64,000 bases of DNA from an uncultured Actinomycetes bacterium (GCA_963739405.1 CAVUAH010000012.1:48937-112936); one strand, 5' to 3'. Shown: positions 10,985-21,404, counted from the first letter of the stretch. Made by a program: numbers and translations. The notes: generated by a model not told the origin, from the sequence alone.

Positions 10985-12618
10985 TGACGTGTGGCATAAG
11001 TGGCGGCCTGGGGACGCGTGGTGAACGTCGATCTTGCGAGTAGAGGCGGCTGACATGATGCTCGACGGTTTTCGGGCTGATGAACAGAAGCTTCCGATCT
11101 GACGTTTGTGTGCCCTCGCCAAGGAGCCGCAGGACTTCGATCTCGCGCCGCGAGAGAAGCCCTACTGATCGCGGGCCAGACGCGAGCTTTTGCACCGAGC
11201 ATGCGCATGAACGACGCCGCGGCATTGGCCTCGCGGAGAGCTCCGAGCGACTCGAGCTCGGTGCGCGCGTGACGCACGGTGTCGATCGCCAGCCGCTCGC
11301 GAGTTGCGCGACGAACGACGAGTGAGGTCGAGGCGGGCCGAGCCGCGTCGAGCCGGAGGCCGAGAGCGCGCGAAGAGATTCAGCGCCTGCTGGAGGAGCA
11401 GCGGCGCGTCGTCGCGCACGCTCGGACAGCGCGATCCGTCCGTGCGCGGCGAGCTGCGACGCGCAACGACGCGATCGCGATCGGCCGTCCGGCGATGACG
11501 TCGAGCGCGGAGGCCGGCGCCGCGCATCGGTCGAGCCGACCTACGGCGAGACGCGTCTCCACGAGCTGAGCAAGCAGCGGCGCAGCGAGGAGGTTCGTCC
11601 TCCGAGGACGTCAAGCCGTTGATCGAGCAAGCGCCGAGGCTGCTGCGCGTCTCACCGCGAGCGATGCCGCAACGTCGACGCGCGCCTGCAGCGACACCGG
11701 CTCGCCCTCGAGCCGGGCGAGGAGCTGCTCAGCCTCGTCGAGGCGACCCTGCGAGGACCGCATCTCTGCGAGCCGGTCGAGGGTGGGACACATCGCGACC
11801 GCTGGCCGGCGGCGGTCAGCTCACGAAGCGCTGCCTCCAACTCGGCCTGGGCGGCGTCGATCGTGCCGCTGGCAACGAAGACGTCGGCGCAGCAGGTCGG
11901 CAGAAGGCGAGCAAGCGTGACGTGGTCATACGACCGGACGAACGACTCGAGGACGGCGCTCCACTGCGCCGGACGCTCGGTGTCGCCGGCCCGCTCGCAG
12001 GCGAGCAGCAAGCGTGCAGCAGACGTCCGGCGAACGTCTCGAGGCTCGTCGGGCTCGCCGCTCGTCGCCGCGGCCATCGCCTCGTCGAGCCGCAGCGAGA
12101 CCGCTCGTCGACGTCGCCGAGCGAGACCTCGGAGAGCCCCAGCTGCGCGAGCGCCGTAGCTCGAGATCGGTGTCGGCATGGGCGAGCGCGAGGTCGAGCG
12201 CCCTCCCGGCACGCTCGGCCGCGAGCGCCGGGTCTCGAACGCCCTCGGCGCGGGCGAAGCTCGAGCCACCCCTGCTCGACACCCGGTGCGACGTCGCGGA
12301 GAAGCCGCTCCGCCCTGTGCGAGCCAGCCCCGTGGTGGCGGCGTCGTTGTCGAACGCCAGTCCGTACTCGCGGGCGAGCCAGAGCGCCACGCGGCGGCGC
12401 GTGACAGCTGCCCCTCTGTCCGGAAGCCCGCGTAGGCCCGCTCCCGAGAACGACTGCGCCACGCTCGTCGCGCAGCCACCACAGCGCCCGGCGAGGCGTC
12501 GAGGGCTCGGTGGACCGGTGGCATCACTGCCTCCTGAAACGCGTCGCGTGCGGCATGCTGCTCCTCGCGAGCGCTTCGAACCGCGCCCGAGGGCCGATTC
12601 CGCCGACGCCGTGGCCAC
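10985..12618 (-). pseudogene. Second LuxR-TPR regulator, heavily frameshifted (pseudogene or low-quality sequence)
   Basis: Fragments LDEAMAAATSGE, LLLACERAGDTER, LAEMRSSQGRLDEAEQLL, LSRREIEVLRLLGEG..FISPKTVEHHVSRLY spread over all three frames. Confidence 0.7.
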
Positions 12619-12675
12619 GCCCCCATCGTGCACCTTCGCGTCCGGCCCGCCAAGGGCCCCAGGGCGGATCTCGGC

Positions 12676-13697
12676 TCACGGCTCCCAGACGACCGCGAGA
12701 TCCCCGTGGACGCGGGGCAGCGGGAGCGCACTCGCCTCGGCCTCGATCGCGTCGCGCCTCCCGCGCGACAGGCGAGCCCAGGAGTCGATCCGAACCGTGT
12801 CGTGCGCGCGTCGCCAGGTGCCGCGGATCTCGCCGTCGACGAGGAGCGCGCCAGGCCAGACACGGGGCGTCCAGAGGCGCCGTCGCTCGTCGGGTCGCGG
12901 AAGGAGCAGCTCCCGCTCGGCGCCCTGGAGGAGGAAGTACGTATCGCCGCTCGGCAGGAGGCGGACGGGCGCGGCTGCGGGCTCACCGGCGGCGGCTCGC
13001 ATGGCGCGCTCATCGTCCGAGAGCAGGAGCTCGTCGCCGAGCGGCGTTCGGACCGGCAGCAGCTCGCCGTGCAGCGAGGCGAACGTGGCCGTCGCCGCGC
13101 GGGACGAGATCCCGGCCCAGCGGGCGAACCGGTCGGCGGTCGTCGGCCCGAACACATGGAGGTGGCGTCGAGCAGCTCGCGGCGCGCGTCGGCCGGGTCG
13201 ATCGCCGTGGCCGGGACGCTCCAGATGACCGGCGCCCGCGCGCCGTCCCAGCGGATCGCGACCGTGCCGGTCGTCGCGGCATACCGGATCGAGTTGCCGA
13301 TGCCGAGCGCGCGTGCGGCCTCGCGGTCGGTCATGCGCGCTCCATCGAGCTGGACATGGAGGCGCTCGGCCGTGCGCTCGGCGCGCAGGCGGCCCTTCGG
13401 GTCGTCCGGGAGCCGTCCGAGCGAGAACAACGCGAAGTCGCGCTTGGCGACGACGTAGGTGCTGTAGCGCGGCCCCCAGAGCTGGGCGAGCGAGCGATGC
13501 TCCCAGGTCGACGGATCGACACCCTCGACCCGCGCATGGAGTGAGAGCAGCGCCGCTCTCGGCATGCTGTCCTGCAAGCCGGCCCACGCGGCTCGTCGCA
13601 GCGAGGCCGCAGCCTTCGGCGCCCGCTCGTCGAGGCCACCCGCTCGTCGCCGGAACGCGAGGATCTGTTCCCGTGTGAGCTCGAGACGTGCCTGCAT
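12676..13697 (-). CDS. AlkZ/YcaQ-like (HTH_42) winged-helix DNA glycosylase family protein (frameshift near 13170)
   Basis: GLQDSMPRAALLSLHARV, FGPTTADRFARWAG, VRLLPSGDTY, GALLVDGEIRGTWRR. Confidence 0.8.
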
Positions 13698-13706
13698 CCA
13701 CCCTCC

Positions 13707-14808
13707 TCAGCGAGCGACGGCGTGGGTGATCGTCTCCGTCCCTTCGCTCCAGCGCCATGGAACGTCCTGACCTTGCAGGCGCACCCCGCCGATCCAGCGG
13801 TCGATCCCGTTGAGGGCGACGTGGTCCGCGTCGCCGTCCAGGACGCGTCGCCCGACGTCGGAAAGGCGTAGCCGGCTGCGCGCCTCGACGGGAGGGCCCG
13901 GCTCGAGGTGGAGCAGCGGGCTCGTGACGTCCGCGAGGCGTCGTATCGCCTCGAAGCACCACGTATCGCCGAGGAAGGGCCGCGTCTCCCTCGCGCCGAC
14001 CCGGAGGAACGCAGCCCCGGCCGTCGGTGCCCCCTCCGCCACCGCGGCCAGGATGCGCCGCTCCGTCAGCGACAGCCCGTCGCGCGTGGACGGGTACTCG
14101 CGGCTGATCCGATCGAAGGCCTCCGCCACGAAGCGGAGCTCACGGACCGGGTGGGCCGCGATCTCGCCGAGCCCCGAGGGCTCTGGAGCACGGAACAGCT
14201 TCCAGGCGCGCGTGGCGTGCTCGAGCGCTGCCGACGTCAGCGTCGTCGCGGCCATCGCCGGCAGGCGGCCGAGCTGATCGGCATCGAGCTCTCCGAGACC
14301 CCCGAAGTGCGCGATGCCGGGATACTCGCCGATGCAGATGAGCGTGATCCGGTCCGGCGGCACCCCGAGCTCGTGGAGCTTCGCAACGATCTGGATCAGC
14401 TGCAGCTGGTCGTAGAGGTCGGCCTCGAACCACAGGACGTAGTCGGCCCTCTCGATGCAACTCGAGCGCGTGGTCGCGCTCTGCGAGCACGCTGGCGGTC
14501 CCGAGCTCCGCCGCATCGTCCGCCGCCAGGACCCGGGCGCGGATCCGCCGGAGCTCGTCGTCAGGCACGTCGGGCACCGGGCCCTCGTGCAATGCATCAC
14601 GCCAGCACAGGATGTGATGCACCAGCCCGGTTCCTCGCAGGCCCGATTCGGTGGAATCGCCGTTGGTCACGTGCAGCGCCGTTGCCCAGGGCGTCTCCTC
14701 ACCGCCCGTTCGCTCCGCGACGATCCTGGCGCGCGCGGTGGCGTAGGACTCTCCCGTCTTGGCCATGCGTCTTCGCACGCGTCGCTCGAAGTCGGCTTGC
14801 CTCGTCAT
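13707..14808 (-). CDS. DUF1835-like protein with a basic N-terminal RVRRRMAKTGESY extension (frameshift near 14450)
   Basis: LHVTNGDS, WRDALHEGPVP, VLWFEADLYDQLQL, PFLGDTW, NGIDRWIGGV. Confidence 0.8.
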
Positions 14809-14811
14809 GTT

Positions 14812-14950
14812 CGTCTCCCGCGTCCCGACCTCCGAGTCCCCCAGCGACCGGCGTGGCCGGACGCGATCGACGATCACGGCCCCGTCCGAGAGGTCGGCCT
14901 CCCTTTGCCTCCGTCGCTCGGTCCCGCTGGGGAGGACCGCTCGAGGTTCG
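14812..14950 (-). ncRNA. Putative structured cis-regulatory leader RNA (unassigned family)
   Basis: Complementary blocks CCCCAGCG/CGCTGGGG and CCGACCTC/GAGGTCGG in a crossing arrangement, plus an internal hairpin, just 5' of the RBS. Confidence 0.45.
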
Positions 14951-15064
14951 GCGCGAACGGTCGCCGGGCCGATCGTACTCCGTCGCGCGGCTTCGGCGTT
15001 GGCAGTGCAGTGGCGACGGCCGCGCCCGAGGTCTCTCGGGCGCGGCCGTTCGCAAGGGAAGAGC

Positions 15065-15604
15065 TCAGCCCTCGAAGTTGACCGCGACGAGCCGTCTCGT
15101 CGAGACACCGGCGAGGGGGTCCTCGCCCGGCTTCGTCGCGCGGATGAACAGCGTCAGCTGCTGCTGCTTGCTGCTCGCGGGGAAGTTCGCATCGCGGCGG
15201 AAGACCAGGGTCGCGGTCCCGTCGTCACCGGTGAGCTCCTCGTCGGGGATGGTGAACTGGTTGTACGGCACTGCGGTCACGTAGACGCTCGCACCCTTGA
15301 TGTCGATGCCGCTGCAGGTGCTCCCCACGCGGACCTTGAGCGTGAACGTCTGCGTCTGCTCGTTGATCGGCCCGGACAGCACGTCGAACGCCTCGATCTG
15401 GGTCCGGGCGGGCGGTGCGAGATCGGCGATCGGGGCCGTCTTCAGGCTCTTGTTGGTCGGACAGCCGTTCGGTCCGGGTGCCGACGTCGCAGCCATGCCA
15501 ACCGCGGCCACGACCACCAGCGTCAGCGCGGCGACGGCGGCGATCACGAGTCGTCGCGCGTTGCCGGCGTGCCTGAACCGTGGATGCCAAGGAAACCGTT
15601 CCAT
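15065..15604 (-). CDS. Secreted/membrane-anchored hypothetical protein
   Basis: AGGAGG RBS before MERFPWH; hydrophobic segment, then a beta-rich domain with a Cys pair. Confidence 0.75.
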   Translation of the reverse strand: MERFPWHPRFRHAGNARRLVIAAVAALTLVVVAAVGMAATSAPGPNGCPTNKSLKTAPIADLAPPARTQIEAFDVLSGPINEQTQTFTLKVRVGSTCSGIDIKGASVYVTAVPYNQFTIPDEELTGDDGTATLVFRRDANFPASSKQQQLTLFIRATKPGEDPLAGVSTRRLVAVNFEG

Positions 15605-15775
15605 GGTGTCCTCCTGAGTTATCTGGGCACTTGCCACTTCGCCGTCCGGCGAAGGTCGTTCCCCCCACAGAGCGTTCGGGGGTCAGCCCGCAGGCGGCGA
15701 CCCTAGCAAACGCGCCTCGGCGCGACCTCGCGATCGCCTGCAGCTCGGGGGGATGGCGCGGGCGTGAGCCCGCGC

Positions 15776-16744
15776 CTAGATGTCCTGCCTCGGGACGTTG
15801 TGGACGCGGCTGATGGGTGATTGGCCGCCGAGCGAGCTGTGCGGTCTGCGCTCGTTGTAGTAGATGAGCCAGTGTGACAGCGCCTGGGCGCGGTGGTCGC
15901 TGGAGCGGTATATCTGGCCGAGCGCCCACTCCCGCTTGAGGGTCTGCTGGTAGCGCTCGACCTTGCCGTTGACCTGTGGCCGGCGGGGTGGGATCAGGAG
16001 ATGGCGGATGCCGCGGCTGGCGAGTAGTTCGGCGAGTGCCCGGTTGTGGGTGTAGGTCCAGGCGTTGTCGCTCATCAGCCGCTTCGCCTCGATCCCCTGT
16101 TTGGCGAAGGCGGCGAGGGCGCGCTCGAGGAAGCCGCTGACGGTCGCTGCTCGTTCGTCGCGGTGGAGCTCGCTGTAGGCATAGCGCGAGTGGTCGTCGA
16201 CGAGTGAGTGGACACACTCGTAGCCGACCCGCATCCGCCGCTCGGCGCCGGTTCGCCGGCGATCGCCGGTGACGGCGTGGCCAGGACGCGTGAAGCGGAC
16301 GAAGCGTTTGCTGTCGATGTGGAGCAGATCGCCGGGACAAGGCCACTCGTAGCGCCGGGCAAGCTCGCGCGGCTGCCGCGGTGGCCGCGAGATCCCGGCC
16401 CGCCGCAACGCCCGCCAGACGGTCGCGTGCGGGTAGCCGGTCTCGCCCGCGATCAGTCTCGGCCCCCAGCCGCTGCGACGCCGCGCCGCGCAGATCCGCG
16501 CCTGCTCGCTCGCCGGCAGCCGGCGCGGGCTGCGATGCGGCCGCGAGGAGCGATCCTCCAGGCAGATAAGCAAGCGGCGCTGCTGGACCGATGCCTCCCG
16601 CCAGCGCGACCACCACTTGCAGGCGGTCGTCGGCGAGACACCACGGCGTCTCGCCGCCTCACGACACGAACAGCCTGATTCGACATCGGCGACCAGCGCC
16701 CGACGACCAGCGAGTCCGAGACGAGCGTTACGGTGAAGCGCCAT
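15776..16744 (-). CDS. IS481-family transposase
   Basis: MALHRNARL, LEDRSSRPHRSP, PGDLLHIDSK, VDDHSRYAY, MSDNA, PQVNGKVER, YNERRPHSSL; the stop codon comes from the target CTAG. Confidence 0.95.
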   Translation of the reverse strand: MALHRNARLGLAGRRALVADVESGCSCREAARRRGVSPTTACKWWSRWREASVQQRRLLICLEDRSSRPHRSPRRLPASEQARICAARRRSGWGPRLIAGETGYPHATVWRALRRAGISRPPRQPRELARRYEWPCPGDLLHIDSKRFVRFTRPGHAVTGDRRRTGAERRMRVGYECVHSLVDDHSRYAYSELHRDERAATVSGFLERALAAFAKQGIEAKRLMSDNAWTYTHNRALAELLASRGIRHLLIPPRRPQVNGKVERYQQTLKREWALGQIYRSSDHRAQALSHWLIYYNERRPHSSLGGQSPISRVHNVPRQDI

Positions 16745-16842
16745 CCGGGTCCCTCCTTCGACCGTGAGCCTTCGCAGACCCACAGCCTCGAAGGAGGCCC
16801 GGATGACCTACTCAGCCGTCCACAACCTGTTGAGGCACGTCA
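15781..16842 (-). mobile_element. Complete IS481-family insertion sequence
   Basis: Imperfect terminal IRs TGTCCTGCCTCGGGACGTTGTGGACG / TGACGTGCCTCAACAGGTTGTGGACG; flanks CCTAGA and CCTAGG. Confidence 0.9.
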
Positions 16843-16873
16843 CCTAGGCTTGGACGAAGCCCCGAGGAGAGCC

Positions 16874-18319
16874 GTGTCGCCGCCCCTGCCGCCGATCGAG
16901 GACGAGATCGCTGTTGCCGAAGGAGATCTTGGATCTCTTCGTCCGCCGCGCGGGCAGCTTGGTGGCCTCAGGCGGCGAGAGGCCCCGCTCTCGGGGCTTC
17001 GTCCGACCGTTCGCTTCGCTCTCGCGTCGGCGCTGACGCTTGCGTGGGTTGCGTTCAGCGTCTGGGTCTCGGGGCCGTGGAGAGCTGAGCTCGAGGCCGC
17101 GATCGGCCCCGTCATGGCCTGGGTGATCCCGATCTTCCTCGCCTACATCCCCGGTCTCGTCATCGGCTTCATGATCTTCACGCTCCTGATCACCCGGTAC
17201 GAGGCGCTTCCGCTCGAGCCGCCCAGGGGCGACTGGCCAGAGGGCGAGTGGCCGCCGGTGACGATCGTCGTGGCCGCGTGGAACGAGAGCAGCGCGATCG
17301 TCCGCACGCTCGAGCGCGTTTCCGAGCTCGCGTACCCAGGACGGCTGGAGGTCGCCGTCGCCGACAACAACTCGACCGACGACACCGCGTCGCTCGCGGA
17401 CGCGGCGGGCGCCCGTCTCGGCCTTCGTTACCGACGTGTCTTCGAGGCGAGGCAAGGCAAGCACCACGCGCTGAACGCGGCTCTCGCGACCGTGACCACG
17501 CCCCTCGTCGTCACGGTCGACGCCGACACTCACGTGCACCCGGAGTCGCTCACGCGACTCGTGGTGCGCCTGACGACCGCGCCGCAGGGCCAGCACGTCT
17601 GCGCCTGTGCCGCGGCACTGGTCGCGGAGAATCCGCTGGCGACCTTCGTCACCCGGATGCAGCAGTGGGACTATCGGCTCGGGATCAACGGCGTCAAGCG
17701 GATGCAGGCCGCGTACAACACCGCGCTGGTCGCGCAGGGGGCGTTCTCGGGCTACTGGGCGAGCGATCTGCGTGCCGTCGGCGGCTGGCCGGATGCGATC
17801 GGCGAGGACATCGTGCTCACCTGGACGATGCTGGCGTCCCGGGGCCTGGTGCAGTACGAGCCGGTCGCGCTCGGCTTCACGGTCGTCCCGGAGCGTCTCG
17901 ATCGGCTGCTGAGCCAGCGCTCCCGGTGGGCCCGCGGGATGCTCGAGGGCCTTCAGACCCATCCGCCACCCAGACAGCCCCGTGTCCTTGCGAAGCTCAT
18001 CGCCGGGATCGACTACCTCGTCCCTTGCCTCGACATCGGTGTCATCTTCTTCTGGGTACCGGGAGTCATCCTCTTCGTCTTCGGCTACCCGTTGATCTTC
18101 GGCTGGTGGTCGATGCTTCTCATCCCGATCACGCTTGCCGTCTTCGGGTTCATGCAGCGGTGGCAGGCGCGCCACGTCTTCCGCACGCTCGAGATCCACA
18201 CGCAGCCCGACAAGCGCGGCTTCGTCGGCTACCTGTTCGCCTACCAGGTGCTGACGTCCGCAGCCGCCCTACGCGGCTACGGGCAGTATCTCGTCGGGTC
18301 GAGTCGCCGCTGGAAGTAA
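16874..18319 (+). CDS. Processive family-2 glycosyltransferase (PgaC/IcaA-like)
   Basis: AWNE, DNNSTDD, GKHHALN, TVDAD, GEDI, QRSRWARG motifs; flanking TM helices. Confidence 0.9.
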   Translation: MSPPLPPIEDEIAVAEGDLGSLRPPRGQLGGLRRREAPLSGLRPTVRFALASALTLAWVAFSVWVSGPWRAELEAAIGPVMAWVIPIFLAYIPGLVIGFMIFTLLITRYEALPLEPPRGDWPEGEWPPVTIVVAAWNESSAIVRTLERVSELAYPGRLEVAVADNNSTDDTASLADAAGARLGLRYRRVFEARQGKHHALNAALATVTTPLVVTVDADTHVHPESLTRLVVRLTTAPQGQHVCACAAALVAENPLATFVTRMQQWDYRLGINGVKRMQAAYNTALVAQGAFSGYWASDLRAVGGWPDAIGEDIVLTWTMLASRGLVQYEPVALGFTVVPERLDRLLSQRSRWARGMLEGLQTHPPPRQPRVLAKLIAGIDYLVPCLDIGVIFFWVPGVILFVFGYPLIFGWWSMLLIPITLAVFGFMQRWQARHVFRTLEIHTQPDKRGFVGYLFAYQVLTSAAALRGYGQYLVGSSRRWK

Positions 18320-18540
18320 TCGGGCCTCCGGGCGGAGCCCGCCCGCACGTCAAACGGTGGCTTTCCTCCCTCTTGTCTACCGCGCATCAGATGCCCGAAG
18401 GGGTCGAGCGTGATCGAGATGCCGGAGCCCCGGCACCGCGTCCGCGCAGCCGTAGGCTCACCCATCCCTCATCACCGCCGATCACGATGGGGGCTTGGTC
18501 GCGGGGTCAGCGGTGTGCCGCGCCGACACTCCGAGCGTCC

Positions 18541-18586
18541 TTGACTATATATAGTAACTCTGTTAAATAACCACTCTGTGAAATAT
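18541..18586 (+). promoter_or_regulatory. AT-rich promoter/operator for the ArsR operon
   Basis: TTGACT -35-like hexamer; imperfect direct repeat ACTCTGTTAAATA/ACTCTGTGAAATA. Confidence 0.55.
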
Positions 18587-18606
18587 CTGCAGGAGCGACG
18601 GCGCCG

Positions 18607-18972
18607 ATGACCGTGACGGCCCCCGATCGGTTCGACGTCGTCTTCGCCGCCTTGTCGGACCCCACGCGGCGCTCGATCGTGCGTCGGTTGGCCGACGGTG
18701 AGGCAACCGTGCTCGAGCTGGCCGAGCCGTTCCCGATCAGTCTCCCGGCCATCTCCCGTCATCTGAAGGTCCTCGAGCGGGCGGGTCTGATCAGTCGCGG
18801 CCGAGATGGACAACGGCGGCCATGCCGGCTGCGGCCGGAGCCTCTGGTCGAGATCGCCGCATGGGCCGAGCACACGCGAGCCTCGTGGGAGCACCGTCTC
18901 GACCGGCTCGATGCGCACCTCCGACGCACATCTGACCGAACCGCATCCCCACCCATCTTGGAGAAGCCATGA
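18607..18972 (+). CDS. ArsR/SmtB-family transcriptional regulator
   Basis: [31 protein letters not shown]. Confidence 0.93.
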   Translation: MTVTAPDRFDVVFAALSDPTRRSIVRRLADGEATVLELAEPFPISLPAISRHLKVLERAGLISRGRDGQRRPCRLRPEPLVEIAAWAEHTRASWEHRLDRLDAHLRRTSDRTASPPILEKP

Positions 18973-19457
18973 GCCCTACCCCGACCATCACCGATTCGAC
19001 GGCGTGGGCTCTCGATCGTGAGATCGTCCTCGTTCGAGTTCTCGACGCCACGCGCGAGGCGGTGTTCGCCGCGTGGACCGATGCGGATGCCTTCTGCCAA
19101 TGGTTCGGTCCCGATGGGTTCACCTGCACTGTCCGGGAGATGGACGTGCGCCCGGGTGGTCGAGCGTGCTTCGACATGGCTTCCGGGGACGGCACCGTGT
19201 TCACGAATCGCTTCGACTACCTCGAAGTCGTTCCGGTCGAGAGGCTGGTCCTGGACCACGGGTCCGACGTCGATGATGACCCGGCACGCTTCCGAGTGAC
19301 AATCGTCCTCGACGAACAAGCCGATGGAAAGACGGTGCTGACGCTGCGGCAGCTCCACCCAACCGCCGAGCAGCGAGATGCAACCATCGGCTTCGGCGCT
19401 GTCGAGCTCGGTCTGCAGACGATGCAGAAGCTCGCTCACCATCTCGGGGTCGCCTGA
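18969..19457 (+). CDS. SRPBCC/AHSA1 domain protein
   Basis: [29 protein letters not shown]; ATGA overlap with arsR. Confidence 0.9.
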   Translation: MSPTPTITDSTAWALDREIVLVRVLDATREAVFAAWTDADAFCQWFGPDGFTCTVREMDVRPGGRACFDMASGDGTVFTNRFDYLEVVPVERLVLDHGSDVDDDPARFRVTIVLDEQADGKTVLTLRQLHPTAEQRDATIGFGAVELGLQTMQKLAHHLGVA

Positions 19458-19530
19458 ATCCCACGGCCGACGAGATCTCGCCGCGGGACAGGTCGACCAG
19501 TCTGACCGACCACCACCCGAAGGAGCCGCC

Positions 19531-20172
19531 ATGTCGCGCGTCCGCATCCACAACTTCTCGATCTCGCTCGACGGGTTCGCCACCGGCGAGGGGCAGGCCC
19601 TCGACACGCCGTTCGGACACGCCGGGCATCGGCTCCACGAATGGCTGTTGGCCACTCGGTTCGCCCGCCGCGAAGTCCTCGGCGAGTCGGGCGGCACCGA
19701 GGGTGTCGATGACGCGATCGCCGGCCGGCACGGACCCGGGATCGGTGCGGAGATCATGGGCGCCGGCAAGTTCGGCCCTCCGGGCTGGCAGGACGACCCG
19801 GAGTGGCGCGGGTGGTGGGGCAACAACCCGCCGTTCCACACGCCGACGTACGTCCTGACCCACCGTCTGCGCCCGTCGCTGGAGATGGAGGGTGGTACGA
19901 CGTTCCACTTCCTCGACGCGTCGCCAGCGGATGCACTCGAGGTGGCGCGGGACGCAGCCGCCGGTCAGGACGTCCGCATCGGCGGGGGGCCGACCATGAT
20001 GCGCGCGTTCATCGCCGCCGGTCTCGTCGACCACCTGCACGTCGTGCTGGTGCCGATCCTGCTCGGCCGCGGCGTTCGGCTGTGGGACGGCCTGGAGGCG
20101 TTGGAGCAGCAGTACGACGTGGAGGTGGTCTCGACGCCCGGCGGCGTCACCCACTTCACGTTCACCCGATGA
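19531..20172 (+). CDS. Dihydrofolate reductase/RibD C-terminal family protein
   Basis: FSISLDGF, IMGAGKF, DVRIGGG, VPILLGRGVRLW; AAGGAG RBS. Confidence 0.9.
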   Translation: MSRVRIHNFSISLDGFATGEGQALDTPFGHAGHRLHEWLLATRFARREVLGESGGTEGVDDAIAGRHGPGIGAEIMGAGKFGPPGWQDDPEWRGWWGNNPPFHTPTYVLTHRLRPSLEMEGGTTFHFLDASPADALEVARDAAAGQDVRIGGGPTMMRAFIAAGLVDHLHVVLVPILLGRGVRLWDGLEALEQQYDVEVVSTPGGVTHFTFTR

Positions 20173-20298
20173 CCTCAGGCGGCACGTCGCGGTCGTTCCT
20201 GGACACGGAACTGTGGGCACGCGCCGGAGGCGTCGCCTGAGCGGTCGTGAGCCGTCTCAGGCGGTGCGCAAACCGGAGAGGCGGGGGTGCGCCGGAAG

Positions 20299-20330
20299 GC
20301 CGGAATCCCGCTCGTCGTGCGGGATCCGGC
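20299..20330 (-). terminator. Hairpin downstream of tRNA-Ser(CGA)
   Basis: GCCGGAATCCCGC...GCGGGATCCGGC. Confidence 0.5.
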
Positions 20331-20341
20331 TTGGTTACTGA

Positions 20342-20428
20342 CGGAGGGGGAGGGATTTGAACCCTCGAAGAGCTTGCACCCTTAACGGTTTTCGAGACCG
20401 CCCCGTTCGACCGCTCCGGCACCCCTCC
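20342..20428 (-). tRNA. tRNA-Ser(CGA)
   Basis: GGAGGGGTGCCGGAGCGGTCGAACGGGGCGGTCTCGAAAACCG...GGTTCAAATCCCTCCCCCTCCG. Confidence 0.96.
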
Positions 20429-20477
20429 GAGCGCGACGAAGCGTAGCGACGGCGGACGATCGTGGACGTCGCGAGCC

Positions 20478-21092
20478 TCAGCGCGGGCCGTGCGCTGCGA
20501 GCTGCTCGGCGCGCTGCTTGATCCCGCAGAGCATCTTCCGCTCCATCACGAGCGAGGCGGGCTCCATCGGCACCATCCCGATCCGGGCCGCGAGCGTCGG
20601 GAGCCGGAAGCGGTTCCGGCTGATCAGACGAGTCGAGCCGTCATGCGGCTCGAGCACGAACGTCCACACCCAGTTACCGTCCTCGGACCGCCACGCGAGG
20701 ACGCGCTCCGGCTCGACGCGCTCGAGCCGCATTCGATTCCGGCCGTACGCGATCGTGTCGCCCGGCCGGGGATCCTGGAACTCGGGCAGGACACGATCGG
20801 CGCTTCGCATCCCGAGCCCGAGGAGATTCTCGATCCAGTCGTACGTGTACGCGCCGCCGCGCGGCTCGGGCCCCATCTGGGCGATCCAGGGCCAGACCGC
20901 GCTCGTCGGGGCGTCGACGTCGATCGCGCGCGTGGCGACCCCGTCCGCGTCGTCGAGCAGCTCGTCGCCCGGGAGACGGCCCGTGGCCTCGTCCGGCGTC
21001 GCTCCCCAGGTCATGATCGGCTCGCGCAGGAACCGCGCGTAGACGCCTGCGACGACCAGCGCCACCATGCCGGCTGCGAGGGGTCGTCTCAT
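20478..21092 (-). CDS. Conserved hypothetical SRPBCC-like protein
   Basis: WGATPDE..LPGDEL, VWPWIAQMG..RGGAYTYDWIENL, MERKMLCGIKQRAE. Confidence 0.8.
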   Translation of the reverse strand: MRRPLAAGMVALVVAGVYARFLREPIMTWGATPDEATGRLPGDELLDDADGVATRAIDVDAPTSAVWPWIAQMGPEPRGGAYTYDWIENLLGLGMRSADRVLPEFQDPRPGDTIAYGRNRMRLERVEPERVLAWRSEDGNWVWTFVLEPHDGSTRLISRNRFRLPTLAARIGMVPMEPASLVMERKMLCGIKQRAEQLAAHGPR

Positions 21093-21175
21093 GGCCGGAG
21101 CTTCGCGGCCGCCCCGTGCCGGGGAATCGGCCGATCTCCGGATCGCGCTACGGGAAAGCCGCAGGAGAGGAGGAG

Positions 21176-21266
21176 CGGAGAAGGAGGGATTCGAACCCTC
21201 GAGGCAGGGATTACCCCACCTAACGCCTTAGCAGGGCGCCGCCTTCAGCCACTCGGCCACTTCTCC
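21176..21266 (-). tRNA. tRNA-Ser(GCT)
   Basis: GGAGAAGTGGCCGAGTGGCTGAAGGCGGCGCCCTGCTAAGGCG...GGTTCGAATCCCTCCTTCTCCG. Confidence 0.96.
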
Positions 21267-21404
21267 GGGTCGAGAGAGGATATCGGCCGTGTGGGGTGTT
21301 CGAAGGAGGGGGCTCGTGGGGGAACCATGGGTTCCCCCACGCCGAGCGCGCCGCCTTCAGCCACTCGGCCACTTCTCCGGGTCGAGAGAGGATATCGGCC
21401 GTGT
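21236..21404. repeat. 57-bp direct repeat (tRNA 5' end plus upstream DNA) flanking a palindrome
   Basis: 21236-21292 equals 21348-21404; CGTGGGGGAACC-ATG-GGTTCCCCCACG lies between them at 21315-21341. Confidence 0.9.
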
